Origin: Nymphaea colorata
Lineage: Eukaryota
DNA length: 64,000 nucleotides
Assembly: GCF_008831285.2 (NCBI RefSeq)
Contig: NC_045138.2
Location: 3,968,001 to 4,032,000, forward strand
Direction of reading: 5' to 3'
In this document: positions 25,601-38,331 of the stretch, one piece after another
Layout of the letters: every line of letters begins with the position of its first letter
Numbering within the stretch: the first letter of the stretch is position 1
Notes under the pieces: generated by a model
What the model was told of the DNA's origin: nothing
Databases searched by the model: none
The model's input: only the letters and a program-made list of their open reading frames with translations
Program-made: the position numbers and the translations under genes

Positions 25601-26245
25601 TGCTTAAGAGAGGTGGAATTTCAGAACTGTCCAAAGATGCAGACACAAGGCTTGATTTATGCTCTATCCGAGCTGCCGGGGCATGACGGTCAAGCGACTC
25701 GGCTTCGTGCCCTGACAGTATTGAATTGCCCAAATGCAAGATTGGAGTGGAAATTGCTTCAGCACCTGCCCAACCTCAATCTGATGCTATTGGATGGGGC
25801 AGCTATGGAATCAACGCTGTCATTGCCATCAGATCAGCTATCAACATTTCTACCCTCCCTCAAGGATCTAACTTTGATAGACTCGAGGGTTGAAGAGCTC
25901 AAATGGGGAAGGGTGCCTGAATGGGTGTGGGTTCTCTCCCAACTGGAGGAATTGCACCTACAAGGTTTTACCGAGGACATCAGTTTGGGAGGCCACTGGC
26001 AATGCCTCCCGAAACTGAGACGATTATCTCTTAAAGGCTTCCTAAATCTTAAGTCTCTAGTGGACGTCAATGATGTAACTCCCCAACAAAATGATGCAGC
26101 AGCAACATTGCCTATGGATGCAAGGCAACAGATTGCCTGCCTCTCGAAGCTTGAAGATTTGACAATTTACAGATCATGTCCTGCACTCCATGTGCCGCAG
26201 CACTTAAAGGACTGCCTCGGGGAAAGGTTAGAGGATAGGAGATGA
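22691..26245 (+). CDS. CC-NB-ARC-LRR disease-resistance protein (RGA-like), 1184 aa, single exon
   Basis: Uninterrupted ORF, first ATG at 22691. Rx-type CC with EDVID-like AQDIIEEY, P-loop GQGGVGKTT, kinase-2 LVLDDVW, RNBS-B KILITSR, GLPL, RNBS-D CFVYCCIYP, MHD, then LRRs. Confidence 0.96.
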   Translation: MAIVIDTLAETAISSLLGAVTSLMKEKMDLILNAKDELKYLQRKLEHLQKALKDADCKPFFSNERNRDLEGKLKDIVYDAQDIIEEYQTIIDLSKRQRGSVSSWNKVRKPWITLCSCFKEHVSASYQLGNEIKNINQRLDDIEKDSKMVDLLNTTPQESRGEGSIGGKHDNPRETTHHIGTAQPLIGRADDKEKVKALLFDGSMESSVLGKHGVSIVSIVGQGGVGKTTLAKMVFKEVEEQFGKHRWWVYVSEKPNRTCLLQKILKEVCKMSEREVEGITSLSELCTQLQSELSNSKFFLVLDDVWELGWWEGEVENTLRGGAKESKILITSRKVEVSQGIGAKMHKLPEMTFDESWRLFLDVSLKEENELVSRNLKGIGQRIVGKCGGLPLVVRTVGSLMRTKTMTKDDWKSVEKSEIWEWKMPASSSSSEICGRILPGLMLSYDDLPYYLKNCFVYCCIYPKDCEIKRDRLVMQWMAHGLIDQKKGIDVEVTANQCIDDLINKCMIEETEEGDVKMHDILHDLASYIGGNEYSHASPTAHTRHLSIFAVDNVEATMRNASAVANKSRTLLSGSLPMVQFTNFKWMRVLSLMKCHIHELPNSIENLSLLKYLDLSFSGVRQLPNSIGKLWNLQTLNLNHSEIEELPNEMGELSNLRYLGLEHTTRLNFIAEGLGKLTNLRTLKRFLVCDDKGDIRGCNIRELKDLNKLKGHLSVEGLDGGRVKVIDAKDAHLKEKHELTGVELDFKVGKNDVVGSASEQKCLLEALEPPHGIESLAICDYKGERPMWYLDTNYVELQTLRLQCCPLWATVIGIKSLEKLEVNTCPTLCELPSMPMLKSLKIRSCDGLNTIGDLPNLDWLQVEGCGSLEQLSHGMPALKWLDVYGCYKLKTLANMPALEWLEVRYCERLEQVADVRMPDLKRLWLSNLNTLKQLPAHLPSLEDLRAWDLLNWEGWPAAGSKELATETFMPCLREVEFQNCPKMQTQGLIYALSELPGHDGQATRLRALTVLNCPNARLEWKLLQHLPNLNLMLLDGAAMESTLSLPSDQLSTFLPSLKDLTLIDSRVEELKWGRVPEWVWVLSQLEELHLQGFTEDISLGGHWQCLPKLRRLSLKGFLNLKSLVDVNDVTPQQNDAAATLPMDARQQIACLSKLEDLTIYRSCPALHVPQHLKDCLGERLEDRR

Positions 26246-28854
26246 CTTGTAGTGTTGCTATATCATGCTGCTGAACTTTTTTTTTTATTCATTTTAAATT
26301 GTTTGAAATGCGTCTAGTTTTTAAAATCGGTGACAGACTGTAACTAATCTTTTTTTTATTATTTGGTTGGCTCTTTTCTCTCTCTCTCTCTCTCTCTCCC
26401 CTGTTTGATTTGGTTCTTGCAATTTTTTTTTGTCATGTTTTCCATCTCAAAGTAGGGAGAATGTGTGAGAGTCAATGGCTTGCAATTGTTTTCACCAAAC
26501 GTTACACAAGCAGGAGAGCGTTGACATGATTTAGTCATATTGGCTGAGCTTGGAAGTAGTGATTAATTTCTAATCGGGTATATTAGTATATTAATTCAAT
26601 TACTAACTTAACGGATGGAAGAGACGATACTTAAAAAGTATATGCGGTAAACCCATTGCAGCAAATGAAAATGAAATAACGAGGAATAAGTAGTGTTCAC
26701 CTTCTTCATTTTTCTTTTTCTTCCACATAAACAATGAGTTGAATCTGGTCCATGATCTCAGCCCATCAGATCTTCAACAAGAACATTTTCCAATTAAATT
26801 GGTATGTATTTCCTTTTTTTATTTTTTTATGTTTTACATTAATTCCATTGTATCTTATGTGCTTGAGGTGGTTGGTGCATATGATTTGATGCTGAGGGGT
26901 TGTCTTCTTTTATGTGCATATGAAGTGTTTGCCGAAATTCTTAAGTGACTTACCTTTGTATTTTAGTTCATCTGGTTCACATTTGGCATCTGTAAACAAA
27001 TTTACTTTTGCTTCTCTACCTCTTGCGTGAACCTTCACAATGACTCTAGATCATTGGCTTCAATCTGCCCAATGTTCATGACAGAGCATTACCAACTCCA
27101 TCTGATCTTGTTCACCGGCTCATGTCCACTGACAATGTATATTAAAAAGGTTGACATTGTATACTGAAAATGATCCGTTTGATATGTATAAAAATTTTGT
27201 TTTTTTATTTCAAGTAATACCAATGTGGGGAGTCTTTAGACGCTTGATGCCTCAGTTTTCCTCTTCTGGTTCCACTTCCTGCATCTACTACAATTGATTG
27301 TGCAATATTCAGAATTTGGAGACGTCCAGAAAAGCAGAATATGATGGGAATTTTCGTTGGAAAATGAACTGTAGTATCACCTGTTTCATTCTTCTTTTGT
27401 GGAAAGTGCATCTAAGTATCTTTCAATTCGATTGATGGCGCCGTGTACATGAAAGCTTGTGAGTGTTCTGCTTGGGGCATTTAATTTAGAGAGAATTAAG
27501 AGTTTGATGACTTGTGTCTCTTTTTCCTGCACGGGACATAACATTAATTAAATTTGTGGACTTTCATCTTTGGTATATAAAGAATTAGGAGGTTGGGACT
27601 TGGAGAGCAGTCATATCAATAGTATTTTGCTTTGCATGCATGGGTCTTGCCCATCCATAATTCAGAATACTAAATTTTTTTTTGTAAAATTAGAAGATAT
27701 AAAAAATACATGGTAAGTTTATGAGATGGACAGCCAAACCGCACACTCTCATATAGCCATGTTCATTAGCAACCATCAATATTTTTAGCAAATTTCAAAT
27801 AGGATCTCCCTATAATGGCTTTCAATTTGGTAAATCATTGACAACGATCTTGAAGTGCATCACAGTTAAATCATGGCAGAAGTTGTATGCAAAAAAAAAA
27901 AAAAGAAAAAGAAAAAGAAAAGAACGAAAGAAATCATTCAATTTTAGTTTAAACAGTCCAAAGTTTGAAAGCAGAGCATAGTAGATGAGTAATTTTTTTG
28001 TCTCATATATTTTTTACATCTTTTATTGTGCATTTCTTTTATCGTATCTAGATTTTAGGTTGATTGTATATTTGTATTTATAGAGATAGAAAGACCAAGA
28101 GAGGGAGTATTTTTAATTGGGTGGCTGTTTTTTGTTAAGTATTTTATTTCATTATATGTTGATTTTTTAAGACTCCCGTGTGTAGAGAGAAAAAAAAAAG
28201 TGAATATTTAATTTGCTTATATTTTTAATATGTTTAAAAATTTATTTTTCTTCACCGTATGTGAAATTTTATATCGAGAAAGAATATTTGTATTAATTCA
28301 CATGTTTTATCATTTGTTTGAGAGAGAGAGAGAGAGATAAAAATATATGTTAAAATGTCACATGTTGAAAATTCTGTCTTTGCAAACAAAAGTTAGACAG
28401 AATTACAACTTATTCATATGAACAAAGAACTCTTTGTTCTTAGGACACTTATTCTAAGGACAAATGTTTCAAGAACAGTTGTTCTAGCAAGCAAACTATA
28501 CTTTACAAATCGATTTCATAGCCTGCAACAACAATGGACGTTACTATCTGCCCCAAGCAAATGTATGTAGATCTCTTAAATTCATCACATGCACATTTGT
28601 CTGAGTCAGATAACTGATCGGCTTCTTTTTAAGCTGGTTCCAATAAGTGGGGGAGGTGGTGATTAGTTCTATATGTAAGCAGTACTACCAATAGCTTAAA
28701 ATTAGCTGCTTTCACGCACGACCTGATAAATGTGCACTCCAACTATACATATTTCCATGCCGTACGGTACATGGAATCTGAATTTTATAGTTGAAGGCTT
28801 AGAAAAGCTTACCAATTCAAGTGATCATCCGGCTTCCTTTTTAGCATTTTATCA

Positions 28855-29370
28855 ACTTAAGTCGCTTGGTATTGATCGGTTTCCTCCTGAACTCTTCCGA
28901 GTCTTCTGGCACTGTTGCCAGCCTGATGTCATGGTCTTCTTTCAAGAGTTTGGTACCAACTACATCCTTCTTGGGGAATTTAACAGAGCTGTCTATGTTC
29001 TTATTCCAAAGAGGGCAAACCCCTCCAATGTTTGAGACCTCTGCCTTATCTCTATCCATAGCACTCATTATAAGATTATTGCTAGGCTTCTTGCTTCCTG
29101 TCTCTTATCTTATCATGTCTTCCGTCACCAGTCTGTTCTAAGTTGCATTCACCCATGGTAGAGGGTTGCATATAGTCTTCTTAGCAAATGACGTTGTTCA
29201 TTCCATCTACCGTTCCTGCTCTCCATTATTTATCCTTACGCTTGATATCTCAAAGTCTTTTGATTCGATCAGCTGAGATTTCCTCTTCTGCCTCCTCCAT
29301 GTGTTCGACTCTGAACCAAACTTTCGTGGTTTGGTTCGAAGTATAGTTGCCGGGGCTTCGATGGCCATTT
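28855..29370 (+). mobile_element. decayed LINE (L1-like) ORF2 reverse-transcriptase fragment
   Basis: KSLGIDRFPPELF..FW...LIPKRANP...D...IS....YKIIARLLA and LDISKSFDSI match plant LINE motifs KAPGPDGF/LIPK/RPISL/YKIIAK/LDISKAFDSV. Contains stops and frameshifts. Confidence 0.8.
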
Positions 29371-30649
29371 CCTTCTTTACTCGCCAAGCCTTGTTGCTAG
29401 AGTTGGGCATTGGGCTGGCATGGCTAGTTAAGTCTTGGCTGCTAGAGTTGCTGGGTTAACTTCTTCCTGAGGCAGATGGACATGCTACAATAAGTGGATG
29501 CAGGCAAGTTTTGGGAAGGGCCTAAGCCATACTGAGGTCTGGGCCATGAGACAGCCTCCTTGAAAAATCCTATGATGGCTTTTGTCAAGTGTGGCAGGTA
29601 GCAGCCGGTTCAAGGGTAGAGAGATAGATGCAGATCAAGCCGGGACGAGTGGGCTTCTCACCATCCAGATCCCAAGTACGTCTTCTTGCCTTGGCTAGAG
29701 GAAGGTGCAGAGACACATGAAGGATGCTCAGATGGGGCTTTGACCATTACTTCAATCTCGTATGCTTGCTGCTGGTGGTTGAAGCTGCCAACATGTGAGG
29801 TGAGAGCTGAATTAAAGTTTTGAAATTTTGTGACAAGTGAAATTTTCTACAATTTACATGTTAAATATATATATATTTTTTTGAGTGGATTGTAGGGCCC
29901 TTGTGCTTCCCCTCCCTGGCTCTGCCCCTGCATAGGTGAGAGGAGACTGATGAGCTTGTCATTCGCCTATAAAGGGTTCCTCATAGCCAAGAGATGATGA
30001 CTGTGTCCATAGATCATTTTGCAAGTGTTCTTGTTTAAACTTCAGCCTTGGTGGATCATGGAATGGCTCTCCATGATTGTCGCAGCAAGCCAGGGCTGAG
30101 GTTTCACGGGTGGCTTGTCTATAGTTGTACCAGTTAAGGTCGCAGTTAAGCCAAGGTGCGGGCCCCTCAGAGATGCTTGTTTCAAAGGACTGCTTTGGCA
30201 TGGATCTGGCAAACAGAGAATGGAAGCAACACACAATTTGAGTTGTTTGTACAGCTGCCACAAGCACATAGTAGTGCACTCTTGGAATGGCTTAATCGTC
30301 GGGCTGTGTAGGCTTCCTTTGCTATTAGCCAACCTGAAATTTTAGAAGAATGTTTTGTTAACCTTAGTATCTTCAATTTGATATATTAATTACATAAAAT
30401 GTCTACAAAACCCTCAATTTTACCTTAATTTTTGTCACCGCCAGATTCCATAGCATTGTGGCCGAATTTTGGCATCAAATTTAGACCACGTTTAATTCAA
30501 GTACACATATACTTATTCATAGAATATTATTTTGATTACTTGTCATTTGAATGTTTTTTTGGATGTTTGAATGTTTGCTGTCCTTAGCCTTTTTAGCCAC
30601 CCATAAATGTTTTGGCTCAATTGTTTAAATGAGTGAAAAGTTATATTTT

Positions 30650-30966
30650 ACCGATGAGCTGTCCTGGTAGAGTTTTTACCGAAGGTCACTAACATGTTGA
30701 AAATAATAGATTATTATCGATGCGAAAGAACGCCGTTAATAGTCAATGTTCACCTACGTTTAGGTCGTGATACCTTACTTTTCGAACGCCGTTAATGGTC
30801 AATGTTTAGGTCGTGATACCTTACATTGATGCTTTGTCCTGTGTATGGATGATGATTTTTACCGACATTCCCTTTATCACAAAAGAATGAAATTTCGCTC
30901 AAACCATTACTGACATGCATTCTATTTTCACCGTGGCTGTCAGTAATGCTTAGGTTTTTTGTAGTT
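30650..30966. mobile_element. possible decayed CACTA 3' subterminal region
   Basis: Repeated TTACCGA/TTACTGAC/GTCAGTAA motifs ending TTTTTTGTAGT. Similar motif patches at 2440-2500 and 18200-18490. No intact TIR pair found. Confidence 0.35.
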
Positions 30967-33900
30967 CTAGCTGAACTCTTGAGCAAGGCATCCCCATCGC
31001 AGCTCAAGGCAGTCCCCAGCCCAAGGCGACCCCTACGTCCCCTGCCCACGGCATTATTTGCTTGGCGTCCCCTTCAAGTCAAGCCCAGCCCGGCCTCCCC
31101 TGTTCCGCCCTGTTCTAGGAGCGACGCCAGGTCGACCGCTATCATGCCAAATTTCTGGTCACTTGACACTACATAACAAACCCTAGGCAGCATGATTTAA
31201 AAGCTGTCCGTTGGGTCACCATGTTAAAAATATACATATTAAAAGCATATGTGCATCACCATTCTCACAAGTAATCCAAACTAAATTTTCTATTTTTGAA
31301 AATTAGGAAATAGCATATTCAAGCTGAGTTTATTCCATAAACAAGAATCTAATTTTCAAAGAGTCTTCCTCCTACCTGTGCAAAATTGGAAAGAGAAGAC
31401 CCTATGGCTTGGAAGAAAATGTTGTTCATTCGTCTATGTTATTGAATGTTTTATTGACGTGTGCAAAGAAAAAAAGACGAGTGAAGGCTGAATGGTTTCC
31501 TTACTCCTTGGATGAGCAAGGAATCAGACTTCATTATATCACCAAATCGATTACACCAAGAATCGGATTCACTTTATGAGTGTTGTCTATATTGTAAAGT
31601 TATATTTTCTTCCAATTGTAATAATCAATCAATATAAACTCAGGAGGTCGGAGTAAAAATCAATTGCAACCAGGAAAAAGAAAACCAAATCCGATTGCAA
31701 TCACAAAAGCCATTTATAGGAGTGAAGAAATACAGAAATATAAATTTATGAAAGAAATGCAAAACATTATTCCAAGAAATTCCACATGAGAATCGAATCA
31801 ATGATGAAGACGGCAAAGAAATGAAGAGTCTCAAGATGATTGGAAAAGGCAATAAAGGAGGGAAGCCAAAAAAAAAAATCCAGAACTCTCTTCCATGTCT
31901 GGAAGTCGACGCAAGGAATATCTTCGAATTTCCAATGGATTCTTTCCATGTGTTCACTTGTTCGAAACTCGAAGCAAAGGATCGCTGATTTTCCAACGAG
32001 TCCAAGGTGAACTTATTCTCCCCAATTTTCTGATCTCCAATCGCTGGTATCTAGACCTTAAAAGAAATAAAAATAAAAATTTACATGTAAAAAAAATTAC
32101 AAAATTCATATATCTGAAGTAAAAATTTCAAAAAATTATATTTTTGCTTTTGTTAAAATTTTAAAACTATAATTCGGCCCCTCATGAAAATTCCTGACTT
32201 TGCCCCTGCTTGTTTCTTAGATGGCAACAAAGAAATCAGGGGAAGACGAATGAAAGAGGAAAAAGCACGGTCGATAAAGTCACAAACAGAGAGCATGAGA
32301 AGCAAAAAGTGAAAGGGCGAGAGCGTGCTCAGTGGATAGTTAAAAGAGTTGTCTTGATTAAAAGTCTGTACCATTGAATAATTTTACCTGTATAGATTTG
32401 TCTTTTATGTATAGTTTGATCCTATGGAAACCTTTAATTGCTAACTTGTTTTCAGAATGCAAAGTGCAAGGTGGACATCGACCTTCACAATGCATTGAAT
32501 TAAAGCAACACTCGCTGATGTGTTCTTGAACATGCTATTATTGTGCTCTTCCCAATCTTGCCACCAATAGTAGATGATTCAAGACCACCAAGTAAATTGC
32601 CAACCACTGTTGACTGAAGGTGAAGGATAAAAGAGAAGAAGCTGCTGCGGAGAGAGGGGAGGGTGTGGAGTTGAGAAGGCCAAGCGGTAACAAGCAAGCA
32701 ATGAAAGAAATGAGAGTCAACAAAAAAAGTAGTATCTCAGGATCACAAGGCACTGGAGATGGCCTAAGGTATTGATTTGACAAGCAAAAAAGTGCCAAAA
32801 AAAGGACCATGGCATAGGGTGAAGGGCCATCTCAAGTGTAAGTATATATCCATTGTTATAATAGTTTGTTGTATCTTGTCATGTGACCTTCTGTATCTTT
32901 GTAACTTACCGAAGTGTAGAGACACTGAAAACAATGGTAAGTTTAACCTTTGGATTCTGGTACTCATCAAATTGTGGCTACAACTTATACTGACAGTGTT
33001 GCAGTTCTAACTGATGCATTCCTCCCATGGTAAAACTATTGTTTTTTTTTTGAGTGTTAATCAGGTTTTCCATTGAAAAGAAAAAAAGGAAAAGAATAAA
33101 ACTGAACCATTAAACTGCCATCTTAGACTTTTTATAACCATTAAACGACTCCTATAACATAATATTTTGACTTTGCAGTAGGGCAGAATGGTTTCAAACT
33201 TACATATCTACATCTCAGCATTCTCTAATTCTATTTGAAGATGTATGGATCTAACTCGCAGACACAGGAGTTGGATTTAGTTTGCATTTTTATTTCATTC
33301 ACATGTTTTATTGTGTCGTGTAAAAATCATATCTATATCCATTACTAGAGAAGGAGGTGTGGAAGCATTAGAACGTAAGTACTTACAGTAAACATGGCAC
33401 AAGCACAATATTTTTGTGTGAACATGCTATCATTTGACTCGATTAATTGTTAGCAGATGCTAGTGCCCATTTGACTGTATATGAGTCAGGGAAATCCATA
33501 CACGTACACATGCACGTATATGTAGACACACACACACATACACCAGTCTTTGGCCAGAGTATATGCTTTATGCTCAAACCCAAAATTTTAACAAAGTTTT
33601 GGATTTAAAAAAAAAACAACAAAATCATCCATCCAAACTTTTTTACACAAATACAATCAGATAAAAAAATCAACTTGAGAAAGGGGAAATTTAGGTGAAA
33701 CAGTAGACTGGGGTTGAGGGACTTTTCCTGACTTATTTAGCAGCAATATGGATCTTACCAGCCTGTGAAGCATATGTGCTCACCACACTCCAAATTAAGC
33801 ACTCGGCAGTTTAAGCTCCCAATCCGCTCCGGTGCGTTCATTCTTTCTTGTAAAATGGGCAACTAGAAATGAAAGAAAGCTGAAGGAGGACAATGGCTGT

Positions 33901-34159
33901 ACGTTAAACTTCATGGGATTATCCTTTCTTATAAAATGGGCAACTAGAAATTGAAGAAAGAGGGATTATTCTTTCTTATAAAATCGGCAACTAGAAATTA
34001 AAGAAAGAGGGATTATTCTTTCTTATAAAATCGGCAACTAGAAATTAAGGACAGAGGGAGACCTATTGTATTTGTTCTCTTTCTCTCTCTCTCTCTCACA
34101 CACACACACACTTGAAAATTGCTCCTCTTCCTCTTCCACCTACTGAAAAACCAGGGAAG

Positions 34160-34194
34160 ATGGCAATAGTAATCGATGCACTTACAGAAACAAC
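34160..34194 (+). pseudogene. 5' end (ATG + ~11 codons, MAIVIDALTET) of an NLR interrupted by the Ogre insertion
   Basis: 34108-34192 matches the 5' UTR and start of the intact NLR (22634-22723, MAIVIDTLAET). Confidence 0.88.
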
Positions 34195-37100
34195 CGAGTG
34201 AGATGAGAGTGTTAAAAAGAATATAAAAGATTGGGTCATTACTTGGTTTGTGGTCTTATTGAAGTTGGTATATAGAACTTCATGAGATGAGAGTGTTAAA
34301 AAGAATATAAAAGATAAAACACTCTTATGAAAGGAAAGAGAGAGATATAGAGAAAGACATGCATACATGTGTACATACCATCACATATACACATATATGA
34401 AAGTTTAAGAGAAAAAGATGTATTGATTCGAAGAGAAAGAGAGATTTTAGAGGAAAAGAAAAAATATCATACGCATATATGGGCATGAGAAATTTTATAA
34501 GAGAAGATATTTGTCTTGAAAAGAGGAATAAATATTTGAAAGAGAGGAAATTGAGCACATGTACATACGTATTCATGCACATATGAAAATTTATAAAATA
34601 GAAAATGAAAGCATAGAGAGAGAAAGATGGGGGTCATCATGTTGGCATAAATGTATATAACATGTGTATACATCCATACCTTCACAAGATTAGAAAAATC
34701 AAGGAACAACTTAAAATTACCAACTTCAAATTTAATGTGGGCCGGAGGGGAGCTTGGACTCATGCAAGAGTCTAAGCTAAGTCCCTAAGGCCATGTTAGA
34801 AGGTTCTTTTTGAAAATGTTTTGGAAAATATGATTTATATAAGCATAGAATGTTATTATTTGGTTTGTTGTAAGGGATATATTTCTTCCACCGTTGGGTA
34901 TAGAAGAAAACAAGCAACATAACGAGGCACTCGTTAGGGTTCCTAATGTGATGATTAAGAAGGAAACTAGCGCAAAATGATATGGAAATGCATATTAACA
35001 TGTACATTTTTGTGAGGGTTTATCTCGGGTTGGACAAGTTCCAACCTCAAAGATTAATATGAAAATAAAGAGTCCCCAAACCACACTCTTATTCCCAACA
35101 TGCATTCACATGTAAGTAAAGAACCAAGTAACTATGCATGCATAATATATAGATAACTTTCAAGGAAGGAAAGAAAGAAAGAGGATGATGAAAAAAGCAA
35201 AGTTCAATTAGGAGGGAAGACATGATGTAACTATGAATTGATATACCACCTCATTTTCTCATGTTCTCGGTGCACTTGAGTATAGCCTCTTGACTCTAAA
35301 ATAGAGATTGAGAGCTATCTCTTTTGGCCATGGAGAAATGAGGAAGAGAGGAAAATAAGAGGAAACAAAAGAACAATAAGAATGTATTCATGAAAAGAAA
35401 GAACATGATTAAAATAAAAGATCATCTCATCTTTCCATGTTCCCGGTGTACTTGAGCATAGCCTCTTGTCTCTAAAAAGAGATTGATGGCTATCTCCTTT
35501 GGTCATGGGAAGAGGAAAAAGAGAAAAAAAAAATAACAAGAACAAGACTATATTGAAGAAATGAAATAACAATAACAACAAAAATATATTCATTAAGGAA
35601 AAGAATAACAACAACAAGACTATATTGAAGAAATGAAATAACAATAACAATAAAAATATATTCATTAAGAAAAAGAATAACAAGAACAAGACTATATTGA
35701 AGAAATGAAATAACAATAACAACAAAAATATATTCATTAAGGAAAAGAATAACAACAACAAGAATATATTGAAGAGAAGAAAGAGCAATAAGATATTGAT
35801 AAAGAGAAAGAACAAGAACAACAAGAATACTTGAAAGAGCATGATTTAATCAGGAAACAAAAGAACAATAAGAATGTATTCATGAAAAGAAAAACATGAT
35901 TAAAATGAAAGATCATCTCATCTTTCCAAGTTCCTGGTGTACTTGAGCATAGCCTCTTGTCTCTAAAAAGAGATTGATGGCTATCTCCTTTGGTCATGAG
36001 AAGAGAAAAAAAAAATAACAAGAACAAGACTATATTGAAGAAATGAAATAACAATAACAACAAAAATATATTCATTAAGGAAAAGAATAACAACAACATG
36101 ACTATATTGAAGAAATGAAATAACAATAACAACAAAAATATATTCATTAAGGAAAAAAATAACAAGAACAAGACTATATTGAAGAAATGAAATAACAATA
36201 ACAACAAAAATATATTCATTAAGGAAAAGAATAACAACAACAAGAATATATTGAAGAGAAGAAAGAGTAAGAAGATATTGATAAAGAGAAAAGAACACGA
36301 ACAACAAAAATACTTGAAAGAGCATGATTTAATCATAAAATAAAATATAATCTCATCTTCTCATGCTCCCGGTGCATTTGAGCATAGCCTCTTGTCTCTA
36401 AAAAGAGGTTGAGTGCTATCTCCTTTGGCCATGGGGAGATGAAGATGTGAAGAAAAAATGAAAACAACAACAAGACTATATTTAAGAAAAAGAAATAACA
36501 TAATAATAAGAATATTAATGAAAAGAAAGAAGAGAGAAATGAGAGGGATGAAGATTACATACCTCTAATGGGAAATGACCTAAGAAAGATGAACGCCTTC
36601 ACTTGAAGAACCCCTTTTGAATGAAGCTCCAAGAGTGATTGCTCTAAGGTGGAGAAGGAAATGGAAAGAGGAAGAGGGAGAGAGAGAGAGCTCAAGAGAA
36701 ACTCTAAGTCTTCAAGTGAGAATACACTAGAGTTTCTCCCAATGACCAATCTTGTCCAAGAGGGAGGACATCGGGGGATATTTATAGAGGATTTTTGAGC
36801 CAAAACCCAAAATTTGAATTTTTTGACCTAAAAAGACTAAAATCACTCTCCAAAAGAAGATTTTTTTTGCCAAAAGAAAGGGAAAATGAGTCTTGACCAC
36901 CCAAAAAGACTAAAACTACCCTCTAAAAGGATGTTTTTTGGTCAAAAGGAGGGGTAAGTTGGTCTTGTTTACCAAAAAGACTAAAATCACTCTCTAAAAG
37001 AAGGTTTTTTGGTAAAAAAGAGGGGCAAATCAGTCTTGTTTAAAAAAGACTAAAATCACCCTCTAAAAGGAGGTTTTTTGGTCAAAAAGAGGGGCAAATC

Positions 37101-37540
37101 GGTCTTGTTTAAAAAAAGACTAAAATCACCGTTTAAAAAGAGGTTTTTGGTCAAAAGGAGGGGCAAATCGGTCTTGTTTGCCCAAAAAGACTAAAATCAC
37201 CCTCTAAAAGGAGGTTTTTGGTCAAAAGGATGGGCAAATCGGTCTTGTTTGCCCAAAAAGACTAAAATCATCCTCTAAAAGGAGGTTTTTGATCAAAAGA
37301 AAGGGCAAATTAGTCTTAAATGATTGATTTGGATCTGAACTTGGGTTTTAGATCTAAAAGTAGTATTTTGGATTTAATTTGGATCTGAAAATTTTATTTT
37401 GAATTTAATTTGGATCTGAGAGTAGTATTTTGGATTTAATTTGGATCTGAAAGTAGTATTTTGGAAATCTTGTGTTTAAATTTGAATTTCGCACTTGGAT
37501 AAAACATCATAGTCCTTTGGAAAAATTTGGGGTGATTATA
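34195..37540 (-). repeat. inverted, U5-truncated 5' LTR with an extra ~480-bp internal duplication
   Basis: Reverse complement of 46669-49531. The 175-aa spurious ORFs at 35315-35842(-) and 47884-48411(+) translate identically. Confidence 0.93.
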
Positions 37541-38331
37541 GAAGATGGCGACTGTGATGGGACCCGTCATCGTTTGGCTATGATTATTGATGCATTTTCA
37601 CTAATTTGAACATCTCATGTATTGCCAATGATAAAACATGTCCCCTATTTTGGTCTCGACCCCATTGGCATTTCATTATATTGTTTGATGATTGTGAATG
37701 TTTTCTTGCACATAGGACTAATTGAGAAGGATCAATCATGTTCACACATATTTATGATCACATACCACCCTTCTCAATTTAGGAGTTGTTTGAAAGCCAT
37801 GTTTGCTCTTTTATTTTAATCTTCAAACTTAGGCAACATTGCATTAGAGACAACTCAATTTATATGATTTCTCATATTTCAAAATTCCTCATACCTATTT
37901 GTCCCGGTCATCATGTTGCCGGGCTTGGTCTTTGGCGGTAGCACAAGACTAAGCCTTACAACTAGACCACACCTTGGGCGGAAACGCCCCCTCGTTAGTA
38001 CCATGAGTGGTAATTTATGGTATATCGACGAGTGATCAAGAAGAAGTTGATGAACTCTACCCTTAGTTGCGTAAGGAAGAATCTATGCTCGTACTAAGCC
38101 ATTTGGCTAAGGTATATAAGCATAACTTGATATCGGATTACCGTGACACAAAATTATCTCAATTAGGTTCCTATACCAAATTTTCTAAAAAAAAAGAAAA
38201 TTATTTCATGATAGATGTTGATGTGCGTGAAACCTTATGTGATGATTTGCAACCTCATTCCACACATCTACCTCATATTGTCTTTGTCAACCTAGTCAAT
38301 GTTTTCCACTAATTCAATTTTTATCTTTTAG

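Noticed and set aside
29950..30340. Possible LINE RNase H remnant on the minus strand
   Set aside because: Only a vague resemblance; cannot be supported without a profile search.
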